The notes under the pieces are model-generated. The model saw only the letters and a program-made list of their open reading frames with translations. It was not told where the DNA came from and did no database searches. This document shows positions 20,937-31,081 of a stretch of 64,000 bases of DNA, one piece after another; position 1 is the first letter of the stretch; every line of letters begins with the position of its first letter. Both the position numbers and the translations under genes were made by a program. This DNA is from Candidatus Latescibacterota bacterium. Its GTDB lineage: Bacteria; Latescibacterota; UBA2968; UBA8231. The stretch is from the NCBI GenBank assembly GCA_965243025.1, contig CBDETY010000003.1:5760001-5824000 (forward strand), read 5' to 3'.

Positions 20937-21533
20937 ATGGGGCCTGAGGCACTGGAGGAAATGATTTCGGCATTCGCCCGTCTTCCAGGAATAGGACGCA
21001 AGACCGCGCAGCGGCTTGCATTCCATATCATCAAGAGGCCGCCGCGGGAGGCGGAGACCCTGGCGACGGCAATCGTCGACGGGCGCAACAGCATTCAGTA
21101 TTGCGAAAAGTGCTATAATTTCACGGACAAGGGGGAGACGGCCTGCGCGATCTGCCGGGATGAAACACGCGACCCGGAGATCATCTGCGTAGTCGAGGAA
21201 GCGAGTCACGTGCTCGTCCTTGAGCGCAGCAGGCTTTTCACAGGAACTTATCACGTTCTCGGCGGAGCCCTGTCGCCGCTCGACGGCGTCGGGCCGGGTG
21301 ATTTGCGCATCGACGAACTGGTGTCCCGGGTAAGTTCGCAGCAGGTAACGGAGGTGATTCTCGCCAACAATGCCAGCGCCGAAGGGGAAGCTACCGCCGA
21401 GTACATCCAGCGTATGCTGGGGCCGCTCACCGCAGTCTCCAGACTGGCGCGCGGGCTGCCGGTCGGATCGGATCTGGACCTTGCCGACAAGGTCACCCTG
21501 GCGCACGCCCTTCAGGGACGCCGCTCCTTCTGA
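20937..21533 (+). CDS. recR: Recombination mediator RecR
   Basis: LPGIGRKTAQRLA, C4 zinc finger, YHVLGGALSPLDG, EGEATA, RLARGLPVG. Confidence 0.97.
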   Translation: MGPEALEEMISAFARLPGIGRKTAQRLAFHIIKRPPREAETLATAIVDGRNSIQYCEKCYNFTDKGETACAICRDETRDPEIICVVEEASHVLVLERSRLFTGTYHVLGGALSPLDGVGPGDLRIDELVSRVSSQQVTEVILANNASAEGEATAEYIQRMLGPLTAVSRLARGLPVGSDLDLADKVTLAHALQGRRSF

Positions 21534-21542
21534 GGGAAAGCC

Positions 21543-22166
21543 GTGCAATCGCGGACAGGTTTACTCATGGCCATTCGAGAGATCGCAAACGTTCCCAACC
21601 TGCTGACGATCTCCAGGATTTTCCTGACGCCGTTGTTCCTCGCGATGCTGTTCGCGGACACCTGGTACTGGCGAAGCATGGCCTGCGTCGTGTTCGCTCT
21701 GGCTTCGGTCACTGATTTCTACGACGGTCGCATGGCGAGGTCCAACAACCGGGTGACCAACTTCGGCCGTTTCATGGATCCCCTGGCCGACAAGATCCTG
21801 GTCACGTCGGCATTGATCGCCCTGGTACTGGGCCGCATCGTCCACTACTGGCTCGTCCTGCCCATCGTTGTTCGAGACATCGTCATCACCGGGATGCGCC
21901 TCTATGGTGTTTACCACGGGCGCCAGATGGAGACCTCCCGCCTGGCCAAGTGGAAGACCTTCGTCCAGCTGCTGGCTGTCGTCATCATCCTTTTCGCCAT
22001 CGGCCTTCAGGAGGTCTTCGGCCGCTTCGAGTGGGACCACCTGCTTCCCCTCGAGGAATCGCTTGTCCCGACCTTGTCGAACGGCCTGATGGGTGCGGTT
22101 CTCCTGCTTACGCTCGCCTCGGGCTTTCACTATTTTATTCGAACTGGATACTCGGTTCGCTCTTGA
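21543..22166 (+). CDS. pgsA: CDP-diacylglycerol--glycerol-3-phosphate 3-phosphatidyltransferase
   Basis: [39 protein letters not shown]. Confidence 0.92.
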   Translation: MQSRTGLLMAIREIANVPNLLTISRIFLTPLFLAMLFADTWYWRSMACVVFALASVTDFYDGRMARSNNRVTNFGRFMDPLADKILVTSALIALVLGRIVHYWLVLPIVVRDIVITGMRLYGVYHGRQMETSRLAKWKTFVQLLAVVIILFAIGLQEVFGRFEWDHLLPLEESLVPTLSNGLMGAVLLLTLASGFHYFIRTGYSVRS

Positions 22167-22711
22167 GACCCGGCGAGTCCAGTCCCCCGACGAGACCGGG
22201 TCGCGGTCTCGTCCGGGCGATTGCCACCCTCCTCTACTCCGGCCATGCGCCGGTCGCTCCGGGAACCGCAGGAAGCGCGGTTACGGCGGTCGGCTATTAC
22301 TTCCTCTGTTCTTCCCTGACGGCCGTTCAGTGGATGCTTCTCCTGGTGGGGAGCTTCGCGGTGGCGGTATACACCGCCGGCGTCATGGCCCGCGACTGGG
22401 GGCCGGACCCCGGTCCGGTGGTCATCGACGAGTTGGTCGGATACCTCGTCTCAGTGGCGTTCCTGCCGCACAGCATCTGGATCGCGGTCGCGGGATTCTT
22501 CCTCTTCAGGGCTTTCGATATTGTCAAACCCCCCCCGGCACGCCGACTGGAACGGCTGCCCGGCGGCTGGGGGATCGTGATGGACGACGTTGCGGCGGGG
22601 CTCTACTGCCAGTTGATACTGTGGGCGGCAATCACTGTCGGCGGCTGGACGGAAGCGCAGGGAATCGTACAAGAGGCGGGACGACCGGTATTGGAAACGA
22701 GGGGGGAATGA
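22163..22711 (+). CDS. pgpA: Phosphatidylglycerophosphatase A
   Basis: [38 protein letters not shown]; start approximate. Confidence 0.92.
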   Translation: MRPGESSPPTRPGRGLVRAIATLLYSGHAPVAPGTAGSAVTAVGYYFLCSSLTAVQWMLLLVGSFAVAVYTAGVMARDWGPDPGPVVIDELVGYLVSVAFLPHSIWIAVAGFFLFRAFDIVKPPPARRLERLPGGWGIVMDDVAAGLYCQLILWAAITVGGWTEAQGIVQEAGRPVLETRGE

Positions 22712-23790
22712 CGTTCGAAGCCATGGGGAAAGAAAAGGACAACAGCCGGGACAAGCAGGCCAGGGATCGGGAAAACGCACTCGATCTGGCTCTCTCCCAG
22801 ATCGAAAAGCAGTACGGCAAGGGGGCCGTCATGCGCCTTGGGGAGCGAGGTGGTCGGGTAGATGTGGCAGCGATACCGAGCGGGTCCCTGGCGCTCGACC
22901 GCGCGCTCGGAATCGGGGGGTTCCCCAAAGGCCGCATCGTCGAAATCTACGGGCCCGAGGGAGCGGGGAAGACGATGGTTTCCCTTCACGCCGTGCGTGA
23001 AGCGCAGAAAGAAGGTGGCACGGCCGCGTTCATCGACGCCGAGCACGCCCTCGACGTCGGTTTCGCCCGCCGCATAGGCGTCGATGTCGACGGGCTCATC
23101 ATCTCCCAGCCCGACAGCGGCGAGCAAGCGCTCGAAATCGTCGATACCCTGGTACGCAGCGGAGCCTTCGACATCATCGTCCTCGACTCGGTCGCGGCGC
23201 TGGTGCCCCAGGCCGAGCTCGACGGCGAAATGGGGGATTCGCACATGGGACTGCACGCCCGCCTGATGTCGCAGGCGCTGCGCAAGCTTGCGGCATCGAT
23301 CAACCGCTCCCGGACCTGCGTGATCTTCATAAACCAGCTGCGCATGAAGATCGGCGTCATGTTCGGCAACCCGGAGACGACTACAGGCGGCAGGGCCCTC
23401 GGTTTCTACGCCTCGCTGCGCCTCGACATCCGGCGCGTCGCCCAGATCAAGGACGGCGACGACGCCGTCGGGAGCCGCACCCGTGTCAAGGTGGTGAAGA
23501 ACAAGCTGGCGCCCCCCTACCGGCAGGCGGAGTTCGACCTCTTCTTTCAGGGCGACCAGATCGGGATGTCGCGCGAGGGGGACATGGTCGACATCGGCGT
23601 CGACTGCGGGCTGATCGAGAAGAGCGGCACGTGGTTTTCCTACAACGGAGAACGTCTCGGCCAGGGGCGCGAAAACGCCAAGGGGTTTCTCGCCGAGAAC
23701 AAGGAGGTCGCCTCCGCCCTCGAGTCGAGGCTGCGGACCGAGCTGGGGCTCGGAAACGGTTCGCAGCCGGCCCCCGAGCCTGGGGAGTAA
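22708..23790 (+). CDS. recA: Recombinase RecA
   Basis: [65 protein letters not shown]; no intein. Confidence 0.99.
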   Translation: MTFEAMGKEKDNSRDKQARDRENALDLALSQIEKQYGKGAVMRLGERGGRVDVAAIPSGSLALDRALGIGGFPKGRIVEIYGPEGAGKTMVSLHAVREAQKEGGTAAFIDAEHALDVGFARRIGVDVDGLIISQPDSGEQALEIVDTLVRSGAFDIIVLDSVAALVPQAELDGEMGDSHMGLHARLMSQALRKLAASINRSRTCVIFINQLRMKIGVMFGNPETTTGGRALGFYASLRLDIRRVAQIKDGDDAVGSRTRVKVVKNKLAPPYRQAEFDLFFQGDQIGMSREGDMVDIGVDCGLIEKSGTWFSYNGERLGQGRENAKGFLAENKEVASALESRLRTELGLGNGSQPAPEPGE

Positions 23791-23794
23791 CGCG

Positions 23795-24310
23795 GTGCCG
23801 TCCCGGCACGAAAGCATGTGCCAGGCCAGGGAAGCGGCGCTGCGCTACCTGGGAAACCAGGACCGCACGGTGCATCAGGTGCGGGGCAAACTGGAGGAGA
23901 GAGGTTTCGAGCGGACCGTGATCGAGTCGACCCTTGCCGACCTGGAGCGAGCCCGTCTCCTCGACGACCGCGCCTTCGCGCGGCGCTGGATCGAAACCAG
24001 GATGGAGGACCGGCCCGCGGGGGGACCGCGCTTCGAGCAGGATCTGCAAAGCAGGGGGGTAGCTCCCGATGTCGTTGCCGAAGTGCTCGCCGAGTTCGAC
24101 GATACCGTCGGCTCGGAGGAGGCGGCGTTGCAGGTGCTGCGACGGCACCAGTGGAGATACTCCGGGTCGGGGGAAGAGAAAGCCAGGCGGAAAATGTGGG
24201 GACTGCTGAGCCGGCGGGGGTTCGACGCCGATACCAGCCGGCGAGTTGTCGAACGGATGCTGGACGAGGCGGCCGGAGACAGCGTGGAAACTGTGGAGGA
24301 AGAGCAGTGA
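23795..24310 (+). CDS. recX: Regulatory protein RecX
   Basis: AALRYL..DRT, LLDDRAFA, LQSRGV, LSRRGF; follows recA. Confidence 0.88.
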   Translation: MPSRHESMCQAREAALRYLGNQDRTVHQVRGKLEERGFERTVIESTLADLERARLLDDRAFARRWIETRMEDRPAGGPRFEQDLQSRGVAPDVVAEVLAEFDDTVGSEEAALQVLRRHQWRYSGSGEEKARRKMWGLLSRRGFDADTSRRVVERMLDEAAGDSVETVEEEQ

Positions 24311-26919
24311 AGTCGCGGGAGTTTCGCGAGACATTCCTGAGCTTTTTCGAGGAGCGCGGCCACACGCGCGTGCCGAGCGCCCCGGTCGTGCCTGGGGACG
24401 ACCCTACGCTCCTGTTCACGAACGCTGGGATGAACCAGTTCAAGGACGTTTTCCTGGGGCTCGGGAGACGCGACTACAGCCGCGCCGTCGACACCCAGAA
24501 GTGCATCCGGGTCTCGGGCAAACACAACGACCTGGAAGAAGTAGGGGTCAGTCCCTGGCACCACACGTTTTTCGAGATGCTGGGCAACTGGTCCTTCGGC
24601 GACTACTTCAAGGAGGAGGCCATCACCTGGGGTTGGGAGCTGGTGACCGAGCGCCTAGGCCTCGAGAAGGAGCGCCTCTGGGCGACGGTCTTCGAGGGCA
24701 GCGAGACCGAAAAGCTGGAACCGGATGAAGAGGCGGAGAGCCTGTGGATCCGGTGCACCGACCTCCCCGCCGACCGGATCGTCCGTCTCGGCAGCAAGGA
24801 CAACTTCTGGGAAATGGGTGAAACAGGTCCCTGCGGCCCCTGCTCCGAGATTCACTATTTCCTCGGTGACGACACCGGCCTGCAGAGCGCCGAGCTGCTG
24901 CGCCGGGACAGCGGCGATTTCGTCGAGATCTGGAACCTCGTTTTCATCCAGTTCAACCGCGAGCCATCCGGGAATCTGCAGCCGTTGCCGGCGAGGCACG
25001 TCGATACCGGCATGGGCTTCGAACGGATGTGCAGCCTTCTTCAGGGCCGGGAGAGCAACTACGACACCGATGTTTTCGAGCCCCTGATCGCGCGGATCGC
25101 CGATATCACCGGAAAGCATCCCGCCGGGGAAGACCTGGTGCCGATGCGGGTTATCGCCGATCACGTCCGTACCCTGACGGTGGCGATTTCCGACGGCGTC
25201 CTGCCGTCGAACGACGGCCGCGGCTACGTCATGCGGCGCCTGCTGCGCCGCGCCGCACGCTTCGGGCGCAACCTCCAACGGCACGAGCCGTTCATCCACG
25301 AGCTGACCTCCACGGTCGCCGACCAGATGGGTTCCGTTTTCCCGGAGATCGCACAGAAAAGCGATCACGCAGCCCGGGTCATTCGCTCGGAGGAGGAGAG
25401 TTTCGGGGCCACCCTGGACCGCGGCCTCGACATCTTCGAAAAGATGAGCGCCAAGGGCGAGCTGACCGGCGCCGACGCCTTCATGCTGCACGACACCTAC
25501 GGTTTTCCGCTCGACCTGACGGAACTGATGGCGAGGGAACGCGGCCTCCCCGTAGACACGGGGGGGTTCGAGCGCGAGCTGGAGGGGCAACGTGCCCGCG
25601 CCAGGCGCGCCGCCAGGGATCAGTTCACCGCTTCGGAGGGGGTCGGGGACATCGTCACCGGCGAGCACTCGCAGTTCGTCGGTTACACCGACCTGTCCGC
25701 GGACGCCGAGGTAGTCGATGCGGAGGTGGACGGCGGCGGGGGTGTAAGGCTGTTTCTCGACCGCACCCCATTCTATGCCGAGGCGGGAGGCCAGGTCGGA
25801 GACCGCGGGGTCATCTCCGGTTCCGGATTTGCCGTCGATGTGGAGAATACCCTCAAGGCGCGCGGCGGAATCATGCACGTCGGCCGGCTGCGTGGCGGAA
25901 GCCAACCTCCCGGCGGGGCGGTCAGGGCCGAGGTCGACGTCGTCTCCCGCGCCGCGGCGGCCCGCAACCACACCGCCACCCACCTTCTGCACGAGGCGTT
26001 GCGCCGAACCCTGGGGGATCACGTGTCGCAAATGGGTTCGCTGGTCGCCCCCGGCCGTCTGCGGTTCGACTTCTCCCATTTCGAGGCGGTCGAGTCCCGA
26101 CAGGTTCGCGACATAGAAGCGCTCGTCAACGAGCAGATTCGCGCCGACTGCGAGATCCTCGCCTTCGAGGAGGATCTCGGACCCGCCAGGAAGATGGGGG
26201 CCCAGGCGCTTTTCGGAGAGAAGTACGACAACCGGGTCCGCGTCGTGCGGATCGGGGATTTCAGCCTCGAGCTGTGCGGGGGCACACACGTCGAGACCAC
26301 CGGCCGGATCGGTTCCTTCGCCATCGTTTCCGAGGGGGGCGTCGCCGCCGGGACGCGCAGGGTGGAGGCGATCAGCGGCGACGCCGCCGTGCGGGAGGCG
26401 CGCCGGCACCGCGATCTGGCAGGTGAACTGTCGCAGCTTCTGAGCTCCGGTGCGGAGGAGCTCGCCGACCAGGTATGCGAGCTGCTGCGGCGCAACAGGG
26501 AACTCGAGCGGCAACTGGAGGAAAGCCGCCGCCAGGCTGCCGGAGACGAAGCCTTCCGGCTGGTGGAGCAGGCTGAACTGGTCGAAGGTGTTCGCGTGGT
26601 TGCCGGCCGTGTCGAAACCGAAGACGCCGGGTCGATGCGCAGCATGGCCGACGGGTTGCGCGACAACCTCGGCTCCGGCGTCGGCGTCCTCGGCGCCGCT
26701 TTCAAGGGCAAGGCTTCGTTCATCGCCGTTGTAACCGACGACCTCATTTCATCGAGGCGGCTGCACGCGGGGGATATCGTGCGTGGGGTCGCCGAGCACG
26801 CCGGGGGGTCCGGCGGGGGCAAGCCGCACATGGCCCAGGCAGGTGGCAGGGAGCCGGAGAAGTTGAACGAGGCGCTGGCCGCGGTTCCCGGCATCCTGCG
26901 CAGGATTCTGCAAGGGTAG
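24307..26919 (+). CDS. alaS: Alanine--tRNA ligase
   Basis: DPTLLFTNAGMNQFK, HHTFFEMLGNWSFGDY, DTGMGFER, HTATHLLH, ELCGGTH, GGGKPHMAQAGG; GTG start. Confidence 0.98.
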   Translation: MKSREFRETFLSFFEERGHTRVPSAPVVPGDDPTLLFTNAGMNQFKDVFLGLGRRDYSRAVDTQKCIRVSGKHNDLEEVGVSPWHHTFFEMLGNWSFGDYFKEEAITWGWELVTERLGLEKERLWATVFEGSETEKLEPDEEAESLWIRCTDLPADRIVRLGSKDNFWEMGETGPCGPCSEIHYFLGDDTGLQSAELLRRDSGDFVEIWNLVFIQFNREPSGNLQPLPARHVDTGMGFERMCSLLQGRESNYDTDVFEPLIARIADITGKHPAGEDLVPMRVIADHVRTLTVAISDGVLPSNDGRGYVMRRLLRRAARFGRNLQRHEPFIHELTSTVADQMGSVFPEIAQKSDHAARVIRSEEESFGATLDRGLDIFEKMSAKGELTGADAFMLHDTYGFPLDLTELMARERGLPVDTGGFERELEGQRARARRAARDQFTASEGVGDIVTGEHSQFVGYTDLSADAEVVDAEVDGGGGVRLFLDRTPFYAEAGGQVGDRGVISGSGFAVDVENTLKARGGIMHVGRLRGGSQPPGGAVRAEVDVVSRAAAARNHTATHLLHEALRRTLGDHVSQMGSLVAPGRLRFDFSHFEAVESRQVRDIEALVNEQIRADCEILAFEEDLGPARKMGAQALFGEKYDNRVRVVRIGDFSLELCGGTHVETTGRIGSFAIVSEGGVAAGTRRVEAISGDAAVREARRHRDLAGELSQLLSSGAEELADQVCELLRRNRELERQLEESRRQAAGDEAFRLVEQAELVEGVRVVAGRVETEDAGSMRSMADGLRDNLGSGVGVLGAAFKGKASFIAVVTDDLISSRRLHAGDIVRGVAEHAGGSGGGKPHMAQAGGREPEKLNEALAAVPGILRRILQG

Positions 26920-26925
26920 CGGAGC

Positions 26926-27750
26926 GTGGAACGGCCAGCGCCGTACGACCCCGGTTCTCCATCTCCCGGACGCCGGCTCTGGAACGAGTGCGGCGGACAG
27001 CAGCAGATCACCGCCCTGGAATACCTCCTCTCGGTGCGGGACTCCCGGGGAGCCGGGTACCTGCCCCTGCTCGACCCTGACCGGCTGCCGCTGGACGAGC
27101 TGGAGGCGAGGGCGCAGGCGTGCGCCGAGGTGGGTGCCGACGCGATCCTCGTAGGCACGAGCCTGATGTTGTCGACGAGCCGGAACGCCGCCCTCTTCGA
27201 GCGCTTGAAGAAGTCTGTCGACGTTCCCGTCATCAGCTTTCCCGGGGATGCAAGCCAGGTAGTGCCCACCGCGGATGCCCTGCTGTTTCTCGCAATGATA
27301 AGCGGCCGCAATCCCGAACTGCTCATCGGCCAGCACGTGCGCGCCGCCCCTCTGCTGAAGGAGTACGGCCTCGAAGTCATCCCCACGGGGTACATGCTGA
27401 TAGAATCCGGAACTCTGACGTCGGCGGAGTACATGAGCTCGACGCGGCCGATGCCAAGGGGGAAGAAGGACATCGCCATGACGCATGCCCTCGCGGCGGA
27501 GTTTCTCGGCATGAAGCTGATCTACATGGACACCGGAAGCGGTGCCGGTGATTCGGTGTCCGGGCAGTTGATCTCGGCGGTGGTCGACTACATTTCCCTC
27601 CCCGTAATCGTTGGCGGCGGTATCCGGGATCCTGAAACGGCGCGGGCCAAAGTCGACGCCGGGGCGAGCTTCGTCGTGACCGGAACCGCCGTCGAAACCG
27701 ATCCTTCACGGCTCCGCGAGCTGAGCGACGCCGTGCACTGCAGGGGTTGA
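26926..27750 (+). CDS. Geranylgeranylglyceryl/heptaprenylglyceryl phosphate synthase (GGGPS, group II-like)
   Basis: LLDPD, FPG..QV...AD, ISGRNPELLIG, IPTGYMLI, LGMKLIYMDTGSGA, PVIVGGGIR, VVTGT; true start may be further downstream. Confidence 0.88.
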   Translation: MERPAPYDPGSPSPGRRLWNECGGQQQITALEYLLSVRDSRGAGYLPLLDPDRLPLDELEARAQACAEVGADAILVGTSLMLSTSRNAALFERLKKSVDVPVISFPGDASQVVPTADALLFLAMISGRNPELLIGQHVRAAPLLKEYGLEVIPTGYMLIESGTLTSAEYMSSTRPMPRGKKDIAMTHALAAEFLGMKLIYMDTGSGAGDSVSGQLISAVVDYISLPVIVGGGIRDPETARAKVDAGASFVVTGTAVETDPSRLRELSDAVHCRG

Positions 27751-28049
27751 GCGAAGGTCAGCGGGGGCTTGCGGCGGTGGTAGCCAGGGAAGTGGTCATT
27801 GCGAACCGGCTCGGGATCCACGCCCGGCCGGCCACCCTGCTCGTAAAGGCGGCGGCGAACTTCGAAGCGGACATCTTTCTGTCGAAGGGGAACATCCGGC
27901 GCATCAACGGCAAGAGTATCATGGGAGTGATGATGCTGGCCGCCGAACAGGGGGCGACCGTGCTGGTCGAAGCCGAGGGCTCCGACGAAGAGGAGGCGGC
28001 AGCTGCGGTTGCCGGGCTCCTAGCGAGCAGTTTCGAAGAGGCGGCGTGA
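27747..28049 (+). CDS. ptsH: Phosphocarrier protein HPr
   Basis: NRLGIHARPA (His15), NGKSIMGVMMLAA (Ser46). Confidence 0.95.
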   Translation: MSEGQRGLAAVVAREVVIANRLGIHARPATLLVKAAANFEADIFLSKGNIRRINGKSIMGVMMLAAEQGATVLVEAEGSDEEEAAAAVAGLLASSFEEAA

Positions 28050-29821
28050 GCGACAAAGTCCAAATCCTGCACGGCATTCCGGCATCGCCGGGGATCGGAA
28101 TCGGAAAGGCGTTTCTCTACCAGGCTGTATCTCCCCCCGTGGTGCGGCGCCGGGTAGCGTCCCACCTGGCAGCTGGCGAAGCGGACCGTTTTCTCAACGC
28201 CCTGCAGATGGTTTCCGACGAAATCCGACGCACCAGGCATCTCGTGGAAACAGAGCACGGAGACGATCTCGCCCAGATCTTCGATGCCCAGCTGGCGATG
28301 CTGGAAGACGAGAACGTCAAGGACCGAACCATCGAGATCATCCGCGCGGAACACCTCGCGGCCGAGCCGGCCTTCGTCCAGAACATGCGGTCCCTGCGGG
28401 CGGTATTCGAGGATTCGGACAACGAGTACCTGAGGGCCCGGGCCGCGGATGTCCGGGACATCGAGCACCAGGTATTGCTGCGCCTCCTCGGCGGGGGCCT
28501 TCACGGGCTGGGCTCGTTGCGCTCGAACACCATCGTCGTCGCCAGAGACCTGTTGCCGTCCGAATCGGTCCGCCTGGGCCGCAAGCTGGTCAAGGGGCTC
28601 GTGCTCGACCAGGGGGGAGCGACGTACCACGCCGTAATCATCGCGCGCTCCCTCGGCCTGCCTTCGGTGGTCGGTACCGGGGTCGCCTCCCGTTCCATTC
28701 GCTCAGGGGATCCCCTCGTCGTCGACGGCGACGAAGGCAGCGTGCACATCTTCCCGAAGGGGGAGAGGCTGCGCTATTTCCAGTCCGAGCTGCGCAGGCA
28801 GCACCGGCGGGAGCGCAATCTGCGCGCGCGCCGCGATCTTCCCGCGATGACACGGGACGGGACGGAGATCGCCCTGATGGCCAACGTCGACCTGCAGCAG
28901 GAAGTCGACGTCGCCCTCGACAACGGGGCGGCCGGGGTCGGAATGTTTCGCACCGAGTTCCTTTTCATGGACAACCGCCCGCCGACGGAGGAAGAGCAGT
29001 TGGAGATCTATCGCGGCGCGGTGGAAGCGATGGCGCCTCGCCCGGTCGTAATTCGCACCTTCGACCTTGGCGGGGACAAACTCTCCGGCTCGATTGAGCC
29101 GGTTGCGGAACCCAACCCGTTCCTCGGGTGGCGGGGAATCCGTCTCTGCCTCGACAATCCGGAGTTCTTCAAGGTGCAGCTGCGGGCACTTCTGCGAGCC
29201 GCCGCAGGGGCGGATCTGCGCATCCTGATTCCGATGATCACCACCCTGAACGAGTTGCGGAGGACGAAGGAGCTGATCGGCGAGGCTGCACGGGAGCTGC
29301 GGGGACGCCGCCTCGACCATTCGGCCGACTGTCGGGTCGGGATCATGGTAGAGGTCCCATCGACGGCAATCACCATTGACAGGTTCGTTCCGGAGGTCGA
29401 TTTCCTGAGCCTGGGAACGAACGACCTCGTCCAGTACACCCTGGCGGTTGATCGCACGACCCCGAAGGTATCCGATCTTTACGATCACTACGATCCCTCG
29501 GTTCTGAGGCTGATCAGGGATGTCGCCGACAGCGGCCGGCGCCATGGGGTGGCGACGAGCATCTGCGGCGAGATGGCCGGGGATCCGTTGGCGGCCATCC
29601 TCCTTCTCGGGCTGGGCGTCGAGACTTTGAGCGTCAGCCCGGGGCTGATACCGGAGCTGAAGGAAGCGGTGCGGTCGATCGCAATCGCCCGGGCGCGGGA
29701 AATCGCCGCGCACTGCCTCACCCTGGAATCCGGAGCGGATGTGCGCATCTGTCTGGAGGAGGAATTCTCCGACAGCGTCCTGCCGCGGCGAAGGAGACCG
29801 CGATTCCAGATGACGACTTAA
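28046..29821 (+). CDS. ptsI: PTS enzyme I
   Basis: GIPASPGIGIG, GGATYHAVIIAR, GMFRTEFLF, EPNPFLGWRGIR, SLGTNDLVQY, ICGEMAGD. Confidence 0.95.
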   Translation: MSDKVQILHGIPASPGIGIGKAFLYQAVSPPVVRRRVASHLAAGEADRFLNALQMVSDEIRRTRHLVETEHGDDLAQIFDAQLAMLEDENVKDRTIEIIRAEHLAAEPAFVQNMRSLRAVFEDSDNEYLRARAADVRDIEHQVLLRLLGGGLHGLGSLRSNTIVVARDLLPSESVRLGRKLVKGLVLDQGGATYHAVIIARSLGLPSVVGTGVASRSIRSGDPLVVDGDEGSVHIFPKGERLRYFQSELRRQHRRERNLRARRDLPAMTRDGTEIALMANVDLQQEVDVALDNGAAGVGMFRTEFLFMDNRPPTEEEQLEIYRGAVEAMAPRPVVIRTFDLGGDKLSGSIEPVAEPNPFLGWRGIRLCLDNPEFFKVQLRALLRAAAGADLRILIPMITTLNELRRTKELIGEAARELRGRRLDHSADCRVGIMVEVPSTAITIDRFVPEVDFLSLGTNDLVQYTLAVDRTTPKVSDLYDHYDPSVLRLIRDVADSGRRHGVATSICGEMAGDPLAAILLLGLGVETLSVSPGLIPELKEAVRSIAIARAREIAAHCLTLESGADVRICLEEEFSDSVLPRRRRPRFQMTT

Positions 29822-29860
29822 TCCTGCGAGGGGACACTCGAGATTGCGAAAGGATGAAGC

Positions 29861-31024
29861 GTGAGCAGATCCCTGTTTACATCGGAATCGGTATCTGAGG
29901 GACACCCTGACAAGGTGGCCGACCAGATCTCCGACGCCATCCTCGATGCCATGCTGGATCAGGACCCCGGCTCCCGGGTCGCCTGCGAGACCCTGGTCAC
30001 GACGGGGCAGGTGGTCATTGCGGGAGAGGTGACAACTCGAGCGCAGGTCGACATCCAGGGGCTGGTGCGCCAGACCATACGGGAGATCGGGTACGACGAT
30101 CCCGAGTACGGTTTCGACTACCGCTCCTGCGGCATCTCGCTCGCCCTCGACCGGCAGTCACCCGACATCTCCCAGGGGGTGGACGAAGAACAGGGGCTGC
30201 ACGCGGAGATGGGAGCGGGCGACCAGGGGATGATGTTCGGGTATGCCTGTCGCGAGACCTCGCAACTGATGCCGCTGCCGATAACCCTTGCGCACCAGCT
30301 GCTGCAACACCTCAGGCGGCTGCGCAGACGTTCGGCGCTCCCCTACCTGAGGCCGGACGCGAAGTCGCAGGTCACCGTCGAGTACGTCGACGGCAGGCCG
30401 AGCCGCGTCGACACGGTGGTGATATCTACCCAGCACGGGCCGAAGGTTTCCCACCAACGCATTCGGCGGGAAATGATCGCGCAGGTGATCAGGAAGGTGA
30501 TCCCGCCAGGGCTTCTCGACGGAGACACGGTTTTTCACGTCAACCCGACGGGCCGCTTCGTCGTCGGGGGTCCGCACGGCGACTGTGGCCTTACCGGCCG
30601 CAAGATCATCGTCGATACCTATGGAGGCATGTGCCCGCACGGCGGGGGAGCCTTTTCGGGCAAGGATCCGACCAAGGTCGACCGCAGCGCCCATTACATG
30701 GCGCGCTACATCGCCAAGAACATCGTCGCCTCCCGTCTCGCCGACCGCTGCCAGCTGCAGCTGGCTTACGCGATCGGCGTCGCCGATCCGGTTTCCATCC
30801 ATGTCGAGACATTCGGCTCGGGGCGCCGTCCGGACGGTGAGATCGCGGACCTCGTGCGCGAGGTCTTCGCCCTGACACCAAAGGGCATAATCGAGCACTT
30901 GCGCCTGCGGCGTCCGATATACCGGAAAACCGCCGCATACGGCCACTTCGGCCGCTCCGGCCCGGGCTTCACCTGGGAGAAGACCGACCGCGCCGGAGAC
31001 CTGAAACGGCTGGCAAAACTGTAA
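29861..31024 (+). CDS. metK: S-adenosylmethionine synthetase
   Basis: [58 protein letters not shown]. Confidence 0.98.
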   Translation: MSRSLFTSESVSEGHPDKVADQISDAILDAMLDQDPGSRVACETLVTTGQVVIAGEVTTRAQVDIQGLVRQTIREIGYDDPEYGFDYRSCGISLALDRQSPDISQGVDEEQGLHAEMGAGDQGMMFGYACRETSQLMPLPITLAHQLLQHLRRLRRRSALPYLRPDAKSQVTVEYVDGRPSRVDTVVISTQHGPKVSHQRIRREMIAQVIRKVIPPGLLDGDTVFHVNPTGRFVVGGPHGDCGLTGRKIIVDTYGGMCPHGGGAFSGKDPTKVDRSAHYMARYIAKNIVASRLADRCQLQLAYAIGVADPVSIHVETFGSGRRPDGEIADLVREVFALTPKGIIEHLRLRRPIYRKTAAYGHFGRSGPGFTWEKTDRAGDLKRLAKL

Positions 31025-31081
31025 ACGGGCGGGCATGTCGACGGGCGCGTTCGCCGCCCCCCGTCTCGAAGGAGTGTGATC

